DNA from: Squalus acanthias
Lineage: Eukaryota
NCBI GenBank assembly: GCA_030390025.1
Contig: CM059432.1
Location: 34,412,001-34,476,000 of the forward strand
Reading direction: 5' to 3'
Length of the DNA: 64,000 bases
Shown here piece by piece: positions 51,706-64,000 of the stretch. Both the position numbers and the translations under genes were made by a program. The notes below the pieces were generated by a model. That model had not been told where the DNA came from and ran no database searches. It was given only the letters and a program-made list of their open reading frames with translations. How positions within the stretch are numbered: position 1 is the first letter of the stretch; each line of letters begins with the position of its first letter.

Positions 51706-53072
51706 GAGAGGGTTTCAGGTGGACAACTGACCGGGGGTTCGGGGGGGGCATGTAGATGAAAATCTTACAGCTCTCATGCTGCCAAGGTCAGTGGGGTGAT
51801 TGGGGGGTGGTGGGGATGGGCGGTTGGCACTCGCCTCAGCCCCCCGCCCATCCGATTCCCTCTCCAAGTTAAAATCGAGGCTATCGTAACATTTTCAGGC
51901 AGGAAATCTTTGGTCTATCTAGCCCATCAAATAACCCTGAAATGCACCAACTGTGGATAGGTGGGTTAGATGGACTGTGGATTCTGGGTAGCAACCTCAT
52001 TCATGATGTAATTGGTGATGTCACACAAGGAGGAACTCAGCACAAACCATTAGGTCACAAGATATGATCAGGTGATGAAGACCCTTCAGCCCATTTGATC
52101 TCACCCTACCAGAAATACCGACTCCACTGTCTTCTCATTGCAGCATTCAGCTGCTTTGTAAATTAAGCTGGTGTCTGGGCCTCAATCTCTGTTCCAGCTG
52201 GTGAAGACCCTCTGTTTGAAGAAGTACTTTCTGATGTCTGTCCTGCTGCCTTGGTGTACCTGACGGTATTGTTCCCTGTTTATCTTCTCTATATACTGTT
52301 AAGTGTCTTCTGAGCGTCTGTTAGGTAACAAGGAATGACTGGGAGACATCGGTGAATATACAAATATCTACCATTACGTCTTTAAGATTGGGGGAGAATT
52401 CAATAGACTGCACTTCCCATTTTAAGGAAGGATCACAGGGATCCGCAGTTTCACCCCTTAAATGTTTGACTTTTTTACTTGCTGCTTTAAGAACTTGCAT
52501 TTATATAGCGTTTTTCACATCTTTTCTGACCAATATTTATCCCTCAATCAACATCGCTAAAAAAGATTTATCTGGCCATTATCACATTTCTCTTTGTGGG
52601 AGCTTGCTATGCGCAAATTGGCTGCCGCGTTTCCTACATTACAACAGTGACTACACTTCAAAAGTACTTCATTAGCTGTAAAGCACTTTGAAATTTCTTC
52701 TTTTTCTTTTCCGCAGGACAACCCAAAGTATTTTACAGCTAATTCATTACTTTTGAAGCATAATTACTGTTATGTAGGCAAGTTGCAGTTAGCAAGGTCG
52801 CACAAATAGCAAATAAATGAATGACACGTTAATCTAATTTTGGTGGTGTTGATTGAGGGATGGATGTTGGTCAGGATATGGGAGAACGCCCCTAATTTTC
52901 TTTGAAGAAGTGTGATAGGACTTTTTACATTCACCTGAGAAGGCAGACAGGGCCTCAGTTTAACATCTCATCCAAAAGACGGCACCTCCAACAGTGCAGC
53001 ACTCCCTCAGTACCGCACTGAAATATAAGGTTAGATTATATGATTAAATCCTGAAGTGGGGTTTGAAGTGAT

Positions 53073-53386
53073 CTGAAATAAAAACAGAAAACAGACAAAA
53101 GGGATGATGGTGCAAGGCAAATCCCAACACCATCTCCTTTTGCCTTGCACCATCATCCCTTTTGTCATTTAATCTCTCCTGCCTTCCATCCTATCACAGA
53201 CCTTCACTCTGTTCATTCCTCCCCTGCCCCCTTTCCCTGCCCCTGCACTTGCTTAAAACCTGTTACATCTCCAACTTTTTCCAGTTCTGACGAAAGGTCA
53301 TCGACCTGAAACGTTAACTCTGTTTCTCTCTCCACAGATGCTGCCTGACCTGCTGAGTATTTCCAGCATTTTCTGTTTTTATTTCA
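53073..53386 (+). mobile_element. Penelope-like 3' fragment with an inverted 5' piece, inserted in a SINE
   Basis: Inverted repeat gacaaaagggatgatggtgcaaggcaaa / tttgccttgcaccatcatcccttttgtc, plus a hammerhead core. Confidence 0.75.
53287..53318 (+). ncRNA. Minimal hammerhead ribozyme core (PLE type)
   Basis: CTGACGA-aAGGTCatcGACCT-GAAA-cgtta with a palindromic aacgtt stem III. Confidence 0.72.
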
Positions 53387-53865
53387 ACCTTCTGAAACAA
53401 GCTGACAATGAATCATAAATGTTATGGGATAAACATATGCTGTATAATCCATGGTACAGCCATGTTAGCTATGGGGAGGTAAATCAAAATAAGAACATCA
53501 GAATGTAGAAACAAGCTCTTCAAATGGCCCAGTTGGTAACTGCACTCTGATTGTGGAACTGAGACACACAGTCCCAGAGGTCCGAAGTTCGATCCCAGGT
53601 CTCTGCCTGGTTAGTTGGTCTCAACCAAAGTGGCATGAGAGCCTCAGTGTCACTCCAAATCATTCTGTAATGATTTCTGCTGGGAAATGCATGTGCATGG
53701 ACGCAGGATCAGATTTGGTCCAGAGTCAAACAGCTTGCAAACAATCATGGTTGAGGCTCACATTTGAAGAATAACTAGTTGAGTGAGGTACTGGCTTCCA
53801 GAATACAGCCTCGCATGTGACGAATGTGGAGCTAAGCCTCTGTTTCAACCAGTTACTGGCCCAGA

Positions 53866-54150
53866 CGGTAGTGTAGTAGTTATGTCACTGGACTTGTAAT
53901 CCAGAGAACATGAGTTCAAATCTCATCATGGAAGTTTGATCGTTTCCATTCAGTTAAAAAATCTGGTTCACAATTGTCCTTTAGGGAAAGAAACCTCTCG
54001 TCCTTACCCGATCTGGCCTATATGACTCCAGTCCCAATGTGGTTGATTCTTTGAAATGGCCTAGCAAACCACTCCCTGTATCAAACAGGGCAACTAGGGC
54101 AATAAATCCTGACCTTGCCAGTGATGGCCATATCTCAGGAATTAATTTTT
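53866..54150 (+). mobile_element. tRNA-headed SINE sharing the 3' tail of LINE family B
   Basis: A/B-box-like head (tagtagtta...gagttcaaatc) and gggcaataaat tail. Similar copies lie at about 45890-46150, 56335-56640 and 59736-60156. Confidence 0.65.
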
Positions 54151-57100
54151 TTTAAAGGCAGGGTTCCCATGGGGATGCTCTGAAGAACATAAAATGCCCT
54201 CCCGGCTCAATCAATGGAAATTTCCACAAGCATGTCCCTCATTTAGGAGTATTGTAGAGTGCAACAATGACAATGGAACCAACTTGTATTTATATAGTGC
54301 CTCTCAAATAAAATGTTTCAGAGCACTTTGTGGGGTGGGGACGTGGAAGAGGAGATGAGAAGCAATTAAGAGTGAGAAGGACTGATAGGATGGTCAAAAT
54401 AGATAAGTTCAAATGAGGCTTTTGAAGAAAGAAAGATCTATTAATGGAAAGCAGTTTTGGAAGAGAATTCCAAAGAGCAGGGATTTGGTGACTGAAAGAA
54501 AAAACTTTCATTTATATACATCCTCAGGACGTTCCCAAGTGCTTCACAGTTACTGAAATACTTTTTGAAGTGTAGTCACTATTATAACCTAGGCAAGCAC
54601 AACAGGTAGTTTCACACATAGAAAAGTCCCACAAACAGCAATGGATGAATGATGAGATAATAACTGATGTTGGTTGAGGGATAAATATTGGCTAAGACAC
54701 TGGGAAAATTCCCCTACTCGTCTTCAAATAGTGCCATGGGATCTTTCACACCACTTGAGAGGGCAGATGGGGCCTCGGTTTAACGTCTCATTCAAAATGC
54801 AGCACCTCCGACACTCCCTCAGTACTGTACTGAAGTGTCAGCCTAGATTATATGCTCAAATCACTGGATTGGGGCGTGAATCCACATCCTCTGACTCAGA
54901 GGTAAGAGTGATACGAATGAGTCCAGGCTGACACTACACCAATTTGATGGAGGAATCATAGGTTTCGATGGAAGGATGAGCTAGATGGGCCGACCGGCTT
55001 CCCTCGTCTCTATGTGTTTTGGTGAAGAGAGTGTGGAGGAGCAGAGCGTATGGACTATAGCATAGAGTTGGACAAGTTTGCTGGCATTGGCTGAAGAGAG
55101 ACTATGACAGGACTTGAAAACATGGTCCGGTCCAGGGCCTTGAAATCAATACCCTGGTGGGAACCAGTGGCACTAGACAAGGACATGGGTGATGGGCAAG
55201 TGGCAGGACTCGATGATGGAGTTCTGGGTTGGTGCAAGAACTCCAGCTACCTTTGATGCTGTTTGGGATATCCAGGCATAGGGTAAGCACGGAATACACT
55301 TGGACACATGTGTCAGCTTCCTGCTGATTGGATGTGGGTGCAGGTGATCTACAAATTCATTCCTTTACCTTGGTCATTCCTTTGTAGTGGTCTACACTAT
55401 TCTCTCCATTTTATTTCAGTGTCTCCAAGTCATTCATAAAAATTCCTCGTCGGTTATGACTAGTTACCATGTTGAATCATTGCTGTTGGCTTCCTTCCTA
55501 ACCTCCAATTTTTCTCTCTATGTTTCCCAAAAGCACTGCATCATTCTGAGGTGCGGATCCCTGGGCATCATCCAGTACCAGTAGGCTATTCAACTGTGTC
55601 GGGCATCGTTGAAGAGTTTAATGCTGTCCACACGTACACACTTGTTAGCAAGTCCTACTGGATAGATAGCAGTGAGAAGCCGAAGGAATCAAAGGTACAC
55701 TGGGCCCGAGGCCTGAGCAGGGCCGAAGACAGGCGATAAATAATTGGGCCACATATCTGGGTCACAGGCACAGCCAGGAGAGGAGTGAGGCAAAGAGCAG
55801 CGCAAGCACAGAGGTGAATGGGAGTTGGGCACATCCATCGAAATACAGTTTTATTTTATTAAATTAAATTATTTGTTTAAAACTAACATGCACTTTGAAT
55901 GCTCCCAGCCCGAAGCACAGAATTAGAGGCCTTCAAGTAGCTGTGCTTGGGAAGGGGAAGGGGAAGGTTCCACAGCTCCCCCTGGTGGTAGGGCTCTGTT
56001 TGATGGTGATGGTGGATGGCAAGGTCCGACAGCTCCACCTGGTGGTTCAACGTGACTTAATGATGTTGGTGGTGCTGAGGGATGAGGAGGCCCTACAGCT
56101 CCACCTGGTGGTGCATCTCTACCTCATGGCTGCAAAATATCCGAATTTAATCAAGTTCCTCCAAATGTAGCCTAAAACTAAAGGGTAAGGTTTACGATTT
56201 CATATTCCCAATGAGGAGCTTTCCCACAGGAAAATCATGTATTGCCTGCTGACCTCTGGGCGGAATTCCCAATATGTGCTCCTGATGGAGAAACTCTCGT
56301 CAGTAGTGTGAGTTTTTAAAATTTACCCTCAGGTACCAGCTTGGCTCAGTTGATAGCATCTGAGTCAAAAGGTTGTGGGTTCAAAAATAAATCTGGAAAT
56401 AAAAAGCTAGAATCATGACCATGAAGCTGTTGGATTGTTCTAAAAATCCAACTGGTTCACAAATGTCCTTTAGGAAAGGAAACATGATGTCCTTACCCTA
56501 TAAGTGTCATACTAATGTAGTTGACTCTTAGCTGCCCTATAAAGTGGCCCAGTAAGCTAATCAGTTCCATCAGTAACAATGGGCAATAAATGCCGCCTTG
56601 CCAGCGATGCCCATGTCCTGAGAATGAAGTTTTAAAAAGTCCCACTCCAGTTGTTAAGCCTGGACTGACATTCCAGTGCAGTACTGAGGGAGTGCTGTAT
56701 TGTTAGAGGTTCCTTCTTTCAAATGAGACATTAAACTGACATGCCATCTGCCTGCTCAGGTAGATGTCAAAGACCCCATGGCACAATGATCAATAGATAT
56801 TTATTGGGTAAGGTTATCAAGGGACATGGAGCAAAGACACTGCATCAACTCGCCAAGGCTTCTTCGGCAGCATCTCCCAAATCTGCGACCTCTACCATCG
56901 AGAAGGACGAGGGCAGCAGACGCAAGGGAACACCACCACCTCCAAGTACCCCTCCAAGTCCCTTGGAAGTATATCGCCGTTCCTTCGTCGTCGCTGGGTC
57001 AAAATCCTGGAACTCCCTACCTAACAGCACTGTGGGAGTACCTTCACCACACGGACTGCAGCGGTTCAAGAAGACGGCTCACCACCACCTTCTCAAGAGC

Positions 57101-57527
57101 AATTAGGGATGGGCAATAAATGCTGGCCTTGTCAGCGACGCCCACATCCTGTAAATGAATAATAAAAGGCAGGTAAATGGAGTTGAAGTTCAGATAAGCC
57201 ATGATGTAATAGAATGGTGGAACAGGCTCGAGTGGCTGAATTGCACAAGATTGATTCCCAGTTTAAAACACCTTTGTTACCCAGATAGATTCAAAGAGCT
57301 GAGTCTGTATACTTTAGAAAAGTGCTGACTCACGATTTGATTGAGTTTTATAAAATAATGAAGGTATTGATTGTGTCTATGTGTACCAATTATTTCAATT
57401 GGATAGGTTAGGGAGGCCTTTAAATTTATTTTATGATCTTGGAGGGTGGGGGCAGGGGATGGCCTCACTAATTGCTGTTTATCTTGGCATGGCCACAATG
57501 CTTCCCCATTTCCCCCAATCCTCGTTA

Positions 57528-58480
57528 CAACAACTTGTATTTATATAGCGCCCTCAATGTAGTATAACATCCCAAGGCACTTCACAGGAGCGATTATCAA
57601 ACAAAATTTGACACCGAGCCAGATACGGAGATATTAGGACAGATGGCCAAAAGCTTGGTTTAAGGAGCGTCTTAAAGGAGGAGAGGTAGAGAGGCGGCGA
57701 GGTTTAGGGAGGGAATTCCAGAGCTTAGGGCCTCGGCAGCTGAAAGCACGGCCACCAAGAATGGAGTGATTAAAATCAGGGTGTGCAAGAGGCCAACAGT
57801 AGAGGAGCGCAGAGATCGCGAATGTTTGAAGGGCTGGAGGAGGCTACAGAGATAAAGAGATGCGAGGCCATGGAGGGATTTGGAAACTTTAAAATTGAGG
57901 TATTGCCAGACTGGGAGCCTATCTAGGTCACCAAGCACAGGAGTGATGGGTGAACGGGACTTGTTGCGAGTTAGGATACAGGCAGTAGCGTTTTGGAGGA
58001 GCTTAAGTTTATGTAGGGTGGAAGATGGGAGGCCGGCCAGGAGAGCATTGGAACAGTCAAGTCTAGAGGTAACAAATGCATGGATGAGGGTTTCAGCAGC
58101 AGATGAGCTAAGGCAGGGGCAGAGTCGGGCGATGTTACGGAGGTGGAAGTTGGCGGTCTTGGTAATGGCGCGGAAGCTCACCTTGGGGTCAAATACGAGA
58201 CCAAGATTGCACGCGGTCTGGTTCAGCATCAGACAGTTGCCAGGGAGAGGGATGGAGTCGGTGGCTAGGGAACGGAGTTTGTGGCGGGGACCGAAGACAA
58301 TGGCTTCAGTCTTTCCACTCTTTATAGTTGGAGGAAATTGCTGCTCACCCAGTACTGGATGTCGGACAAGCAGTCTGACAAATCCGAGACAGCGGACGGG
58401 TGGAGAGAGGTGGTGGTGAGGTAGAGCTGGGTGTCATCAGCGTACAAGTGGAACCTGATGCTATGTTAGTGATGTCACGC
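57528..58480 (-). mobile_element. L2 LINE 3' fragment
   Basis: NLG..FD..SF...TKTANFHLRNIARL.P.LS...ETLIHAFVTSRLD.SNALLAGLP...LQN. Confidence 0.9.
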
Positions 58481-59022
58481 TGCAAGGCCCTCCTCATAAC
58501 CCACCAATCTTCCTCTCCTCTTTTTAATAGACAGTGCCATCAATTGCCAATCAATTTAACAAAAGTGTCCCCCCCTCCTTTTAAAAAGGGACAACAACAA
58601 TAATCCAAATTATGATTCAATCAAATGAAAAACTTATCAAATGAAATCAGGATGTTGTTCTCCGTGTCGGCTGCACACTGGTGGCGGAAGGCCTTGAGCA
58701 GACCTGAGCAGCAGCAAGAGGCGGAGGGTCGGCATTAATACAGCGGGAGAGAAGGCCTCGGGCAGAGCGGACTGAGCAGCAGCAAGAGGCGGAGGGGCAT
58801 TAATACAGCGGGAGAGAAGGCCTCGGGCAGAGCGGATCGAGCAGCAGCAAGAGGCGGAACGGCGGCAGATTTGAATTCAAAAACAACAACAAAAATCAAG
58901 GAGTGATGTCACAGGACAACAGGTAGGTGATTGGTTAGTGAGTATTACCTTTGTCTTTTTCTCTCTATGTTAGGTCAGTGGGTTAGCTAGGAAGTTTAGT
59001 TAGTAGTATAGTAAATAAAAGC

Positions 59023-60420
59023 ATGGCAGGGCATCTCAGTCCTATGGAATGCACATACAGTGCCATGTGGGAACTCCAGGATGCTACTTGTGTCCTGGAC
59101 AACCACATGTGCAGGAAGTGTCGTCAGCTGGAGGAGCTCAAGCTCCGAAACCCAGAGCTTGAGCAGCAGCTAGCGTCACTGCGGTGCATCCGCGAGGCTG
59201 AGAGCTTCGTGAATAGCTTTGTGGATAGCACATTTCAGGAGGTGTCCACCCCGCAGCTTAAGAGTATGAGGGCAGAGAGGGAATGGGTGACCACCAGACA
59301 GAAAAGAAGGACCAGGCAGGTAGTGCAGGAGTCCCCTGAGTGCATCTCGCTCTCTAACCGGTGAGGGCGATGGTTCCTCTGGGGAGTACAGCCAGAGCCA
59401 AGTCCACGGCACCACGGGTGGCTCAGCTATACCGGGGGGGGGGGGGGGGCAGGAGTAAGATTGGGAAAGCAATAGTGATAGGAGATTCGATAGCTAGGGG
59501 AGCAGAGAGACGTTTCTGCTGTCACAGACGTGACTCCAGGATGGTATGTTGCCTCCCTGGTGCCAGGGTCAAGGATGTCACTGAGCGGCTGCAGGGCATT
59601 CTGAGGGGGGAGGGTGACAGCCAGAGGTCGTGGTCCATATCTTAATCAACGACATACGTAGAAAGAGGGATGAGGTCCTGCAAGTAGATTTTAGGGAGCT
59701 AGGAAAGAGATTAAAAAGCAGGACATCAAAGGTCGTTTTTTTTTATTTGTTCACAGGATGTGGGCGTCACTGACAAGGCCCATCCCTAATTGGCGTTGAG
59801 AAGGTGCTGGTGAGCTGCTGCAGTCCATGTTCTTTGCAGTATTCTTTGGTAGGTCTGAGTGACTTGTTAGACCATTTTGAGGGCAGTTAAGAATCAACCA
59901 CATTGCTGTGGGTCTGGAGTCACATGTAGGCCAGACCAGGTAAGGACGGCAGATTTCCTTCCCTAAAGGACATTAGTAAACCAGATGGGTTTTTACAACA
60001 ATCCAGTAGTTTCATGGTCAGCATTACTGATATATTTAATTAACTGAATTTAAATTCCCCAGCTGCCATGGTGGGATTTGAACTCACGTCTCCGGATCAT
60101 TAGTCCAGGCCTCTGGATTACTAGTCCAGTACCATAACCACTATGCGACCGTACCCGGTAATCTCCAGATTACTCCCGGTGCCATGATCTCGTGAGTATA
60201 GAAATAGGATAGAGCAGATGAATGCATGGCTGGAGAGATGGTACAGGAGGGAGGGCTTTAGATGCCTGGGACATTGGGACTGGTTCTAGGGGAGGTGGGA
60301 CCTGTACAGGCCAGACAGGTTGCACCTCAACAGAGCCGGATCAATATCCTCGCGGGGGGTTTGCTAGTGCTGTTCGGGAGGGTTTAAACTAATTTGGCTG
60401 GGGGATGGGCACCAGGATGT
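59023..60420 (+). pseudogene. CR1 ORF1: Cys-rich/coiled-coil region plus SGNH/GDSL esterase domain, disrupted
   Basis: CRKC.QLEEL..R..ELE, AIVIGDSIARG, VCCLPGARVKDV and LYRPDRLHLN. Frameshifted and split by a SINE. Confidence 0.8.
59736..60156 (-). mobile_element. tRNA-headed SINE inserted in CR1 ORF1
   Basis: Minus-strand head tagtggtta...gagttcaaatccc, family-B tail and poly-A. Confidence 0.75.
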
Positions 60421-60530
60421 AGCACTAGAAAGGATTGGGAGAGACAGATAGCACTAGAGTATGAAATATTACGGTATTAGGTGGGGTCAGACTAAGAGAG
60501 AATACAAGAAGGTCTAAGATAGGCTTACAG

Positions 60531-63250
60531 TGCATGTGTGTGAATGTGCGAAGTGTGGTAAATAAGGTTGGTGAGCTGCAGGCGCAAATAGCCACATGGG
60601 AATATGATGTGGTGATAACGGAGACCTGGCTCAAAAAAGGACAGGATTGGGTACTAAATATTCCTGGAAATAAGGTGTTCAGGAAAGATATGGAAGGAAA
60701 AAAAGGAGGTGGGGTGGCAGTATTGATTAAGGAGAATATTACTGGAGAGGGAGGATGTCATGGAGGGGTCAAGGACAGAATATATTTGGTTAGAGTTAAA
60801 AAACAATAGAGGTGCCATTACACCACTAGTGGGAAGGATATAGAGGAGTAAATTTGCAGGGAAATTACAGAGAGGTGCAAGAACTATAGAGTAGTGATAA
60901 TGGGGGACTTCAACTATCCTAATATAGACTGGGATAGTAACAGTGTAAAGGGCAGAGAGGGGGAAGAATTTCTGAAGGGTGTGCGGGAGAATTTTCTTGA
61001 TCAGTACGTTTCCGGCCCAATGAGGAAGGAGGCATTGCTGGATCTGGTTCTGGGGAATGAGGTGGGTCATGTGGAGCAAGTGTCAGTAGGGGAACATTTA
61101 GGGAACAGTGATCATAATATCATAAGGTTTAGATTAGCTATGGAAAAGGACAGGGAGCAATCTAGAGTAAAAATACTTAATTGGAGGAAGGTAAATTTCA
61201 GTGGGTTGAGAATGGATCTGGCCCTGGTAAATTGGAATGAAAACTGTAATCGAACAATGGGCTGCTTTTAAAGAGGAGATAGTTCAGGTACAGTCGAGGT
61301 ACATTCCCACAAGGGGGAAAGGTAGGGCAACCAAAGCCAGAACTCCTTGGATGACAAAAGGGATAGAGAGTAAAATGAAGCAGAAAAAGCTTCAGGAGAA
61401 CTTCAGGGGCGTAAGACAGATGTCAGGTTGAGAATACAAGTGAAAACCAGGCTGAATATAGAAAGTTCAGAGGGGAAGTGAAAAAGGAAATAATAGGGGC
61501 AAAGAGAGAGTATGAGCTAACATAAAAGGAAATCCAAAAGTCTTCTATAGGCATATAAATAATAAATGGGTAGTAAGAGGAGAGATGGGGCCGATTAGGG
61601 ACCAAAATCGAGACCTACACATGGAGGCAGAGGGCGTGGCTAAGGTACTAAATGAATACTTTGCATCTGTCTTTACCAAGGAAGAAGCTGCCAAGGTCAT
61701 AGTGAAAGAGGAGGTAGTTGAGATGCTGGATGGGATAAAAATTTATAAAGAGGAGATACTAGAAAGGCTGGCTGTACTTAAAGTAGGTAAGTCACCAGGA
61801 CCAGATGGGATGCATCCTAGGATACTGAGGAAAGTAAAAATGGAAATCGCGGAGGTACTGGCCATAATATTCCAATCCTCCTTAAATACGGGGGTGGTGC
61901 CAGAGGACTGGAGAATTGCAAATGTTACACCCTTGTTCAAAAAAGGGTGTACGGATAAACCCGGCAACTACAGGCCAGTCAGTTTAACCTCGGTAGTGGG
62001 GAAGCTTTTAGAAACAATAATCAGGGACAAAATTAACAGTCACTTGGACAAGTGTGGATTAATTAAGGAAAGCCAGCACGGATTTGTTAAAGGCAAATCG
62101 TGTTTAACTAACTTGATTGAGTTTTTTGATGAGGTAACAGAGAGGGTTGATGAGGGCAGTGCGGTTGATGTGGTGTGCATGTACTTCCAAAAGGCATTTG
62201 ATAAAGTGCCACATAATAGGCTTGCCAGCAAAGTTGAAGTCCAAGAAATAAAAGGGACAGTGGCAGCATGGATACAAAATTGGCTAAGTGACAGGAAACA
62301 GAGCGTAGTGGTGAATGGTTGTTTTTTGGACTGGAGGAAGGTATACAGTGGTGTTCCCCAGGGCTTGGTACTAGAACCACTGATTTTCTTGATAGATATA
62401 TTAATGACTTGGACTTGGATGTACAGGGCACAATTTCAAAATTTGCAGATGATACAAAACCTGGATACAAAACAGTGAGGAGGATAGTGATAGACTTCAA
62501 GAGGACATAGACAGGCTGGTGGAATGGGCGGACACGTGGTAGATGAAGTTTAACGCAGAAAAGTGCAAAATGATACATTTTGGTAGGAAGAACGAGGAGA
62601 GGCAATATAAACTAAAGGATACAATTCCAGAGCGGGTGCATGAATAGAGGGACCTGGGGGTATATGTGCACAAATCGTTGAAGATGGCAGGGCAGGTTGA
62701 GAAAGTGGTTAAAAAAGCATACAGGATCCTGGGATTCATAAATAGAGGCATAGAGTACAAAAGCAAGGAAGTTATGGTGAACCTTTATAAAACACTGGTT
62801 CAGCTTCAACTGGAGTATTGTGTCCAATTCTGGGCACCGCACTTTAGGAAGGTTGTGAAGGCCTTAGAGAGGGTGCAGAAAATATTTACAAGAATGGTAT
62901 CCGGGATGGGCGACTTCAGTTACGTGGATAGACTGGAGAAGCTGGGGTTGTTCTCCTCAGAGCAGAGAAGGTTGAGAGGAGATTTGATAGAGCTGTTCGA
63001 AATCATGAGGCGTCTAGACCGAGTAGCTAGAGAGAAACTGTTCCCATTGGCGGAAGGGTCGAGAACCACACCATCCAGATTTAAGGTGATTGGCAGAAGA
63101 ACCAAAGGCGACATGAGGAAGCTTTTTTACGCAGCGAGTGGTTAGGATCTGGAATGCACTGCCTGAAAGGGTGGTGGAGGCAGATTCCAATCGTGGCTTT
63201 CAAAAGGAAATTGGATAAGTGCCTGAAGGAATAAAATTTGCGGGGGAGTG
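60531..63250 (+). pseudogene. CR1 ORF2 (APE endonuclease plus reverse transcriptase), many frameshifts
   Basis: ITETWL, IMGDFNYP, LDLVL, SDHN, KSPGPDG, NYRPVSLTS, FQKAFD and FADD motifs. Confidence 0.92.
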
Positions 63251-63336
63251 GGACGAGCTGAAGTGCTCTTGCAGAGAGCCGCAGGGGGCTGGACGGGCCA
63301 AATGGCCTTCTTCAGTGCTGCAACCATTCTATGATA

Positions 63337-64000
63337 CGTGCCGCGCGCCCCCTCTCCAGCCAATCGGCCTCTCTCTCTGGAGACTGTTTGAGTGACATTG
63401 GCCGTCCTTGGGTTGCTCTGGTAACGGAGTTCCAGTGCGGATCGGCTGGCATGTGAGAATATGAGGGAAGGGGCGGGGCGGAGCGAGAGGGGGGGTCGGG
63501 TCTCTGCTCACTTATTGGTTGACGTCACCTCGTCATCCTCCACCCCCCCGCCCCTTGACGTGGCGCAAAGAGAGAAAGAGAGAAAGCTGGAGCGAGCTGT
63601 GGCGGCCATTTTGAGCCGAGGTGAGGAAATTAAATGACCGGAGCGGCTTGTGGCTAAGGTAAGGAGCGGGCGGCCCTTCCAAACTCCCGAGTAAAACAGG
63701 AGTAACCGTCCTCCTCGTAGTAAAGAAGGGAGTAACGGTCTCCCTCGTAATAAAGGAGGAGAGCAGGTGGAACTAACGGGAACGCAGGCATATCCCGTTC
63801 GGCCAAAAAGATAGCCGCTATTCGTGCTAACTGCTCGGGCGGGGCTGCGGCCTGTGGAAGGTTAGTATGGAGACGGCTGCCATTGTCTAATTGGGGAGGG
63901 GGCCGGAGTATCGACCGCCGACTCGAATCTTTCCCAAATATCCAGTCACTACCGCCCCTTCGATTTCTCTTCGTGTTATCGGTAACGGAGTCGATTTTTG
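63337..64000 (+). promoter_or_regulatory. CpG-island promoter with a probable non-coding first exon of an unidentified gene
   Basis: CpG-rich. CCAAT at 63360 and 63514 (reverse), X-box-like gttgctctggtaac 63412-25, GC boxes at 63470 and 63548, CRE tgacgtca 63520-27, YY1-like ggcggccattttg 63601-13, donors gag|gtgagg (63621) and aag|gtaagg (63659). Confidence 0.75.

Larger units (their letters stand above)
58670..63336 (+). mobile_element. Near-full-length degenerate CR1 LINE (5' UTR repeats, ORF1, ORF2, 3' tail)
   Basis: Tandem ~60-bp repeats at 58700-58860, ORF1 from 59023, endonuclease and RT motifs, and attctatgat tail. The 5' boundary is approximate. Confidence 0.88.

Noticed and set aside
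53525..53600. tRNA gene (also similar heads at about 45890, 53866, 56335 and 60070-60156)
   Set aside because: A/B-box-like motifs only; no full cloverleaf, and SINE-like body sequence follows.

Overview
Eukaryotic, repeat-dominated window. The repeat families (CR1/HER1-type LINEs, Deu-domain SINEs) suggest a cartilaginous fish; this is an inference. I could not identify an intact host protein-coding exon. Class I content: many CR1 LINE fragments, one near-full-length degenerate CR1 with an esterase-type ORF1, L2 and RTE fragments, Deu-domain and other tRNA SINEs, four Penelope-like (PLE) fragments (three with hammerhead-ribozyme cores), and a 1.7-kb solo LTR with a 4-bp TSD plus a diverged relative at the window start. 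Class II content: a two-gene Harbinger element (transposase plus spliced Myb/SANT gene) with several non-autonomous relatives, a Tigger/pogo element one stop codon from intact with its MITE, and hAT MITEs. A 3.6-kb 45-bp tandem array has higher-order structure and appears to derive from a CR1 3' end. The window ends in a CpG-island promoter and probable first exon of an unidentified + strand gene. Coordinates were read by eye, and family names need Dfam/Repbase confirmation.
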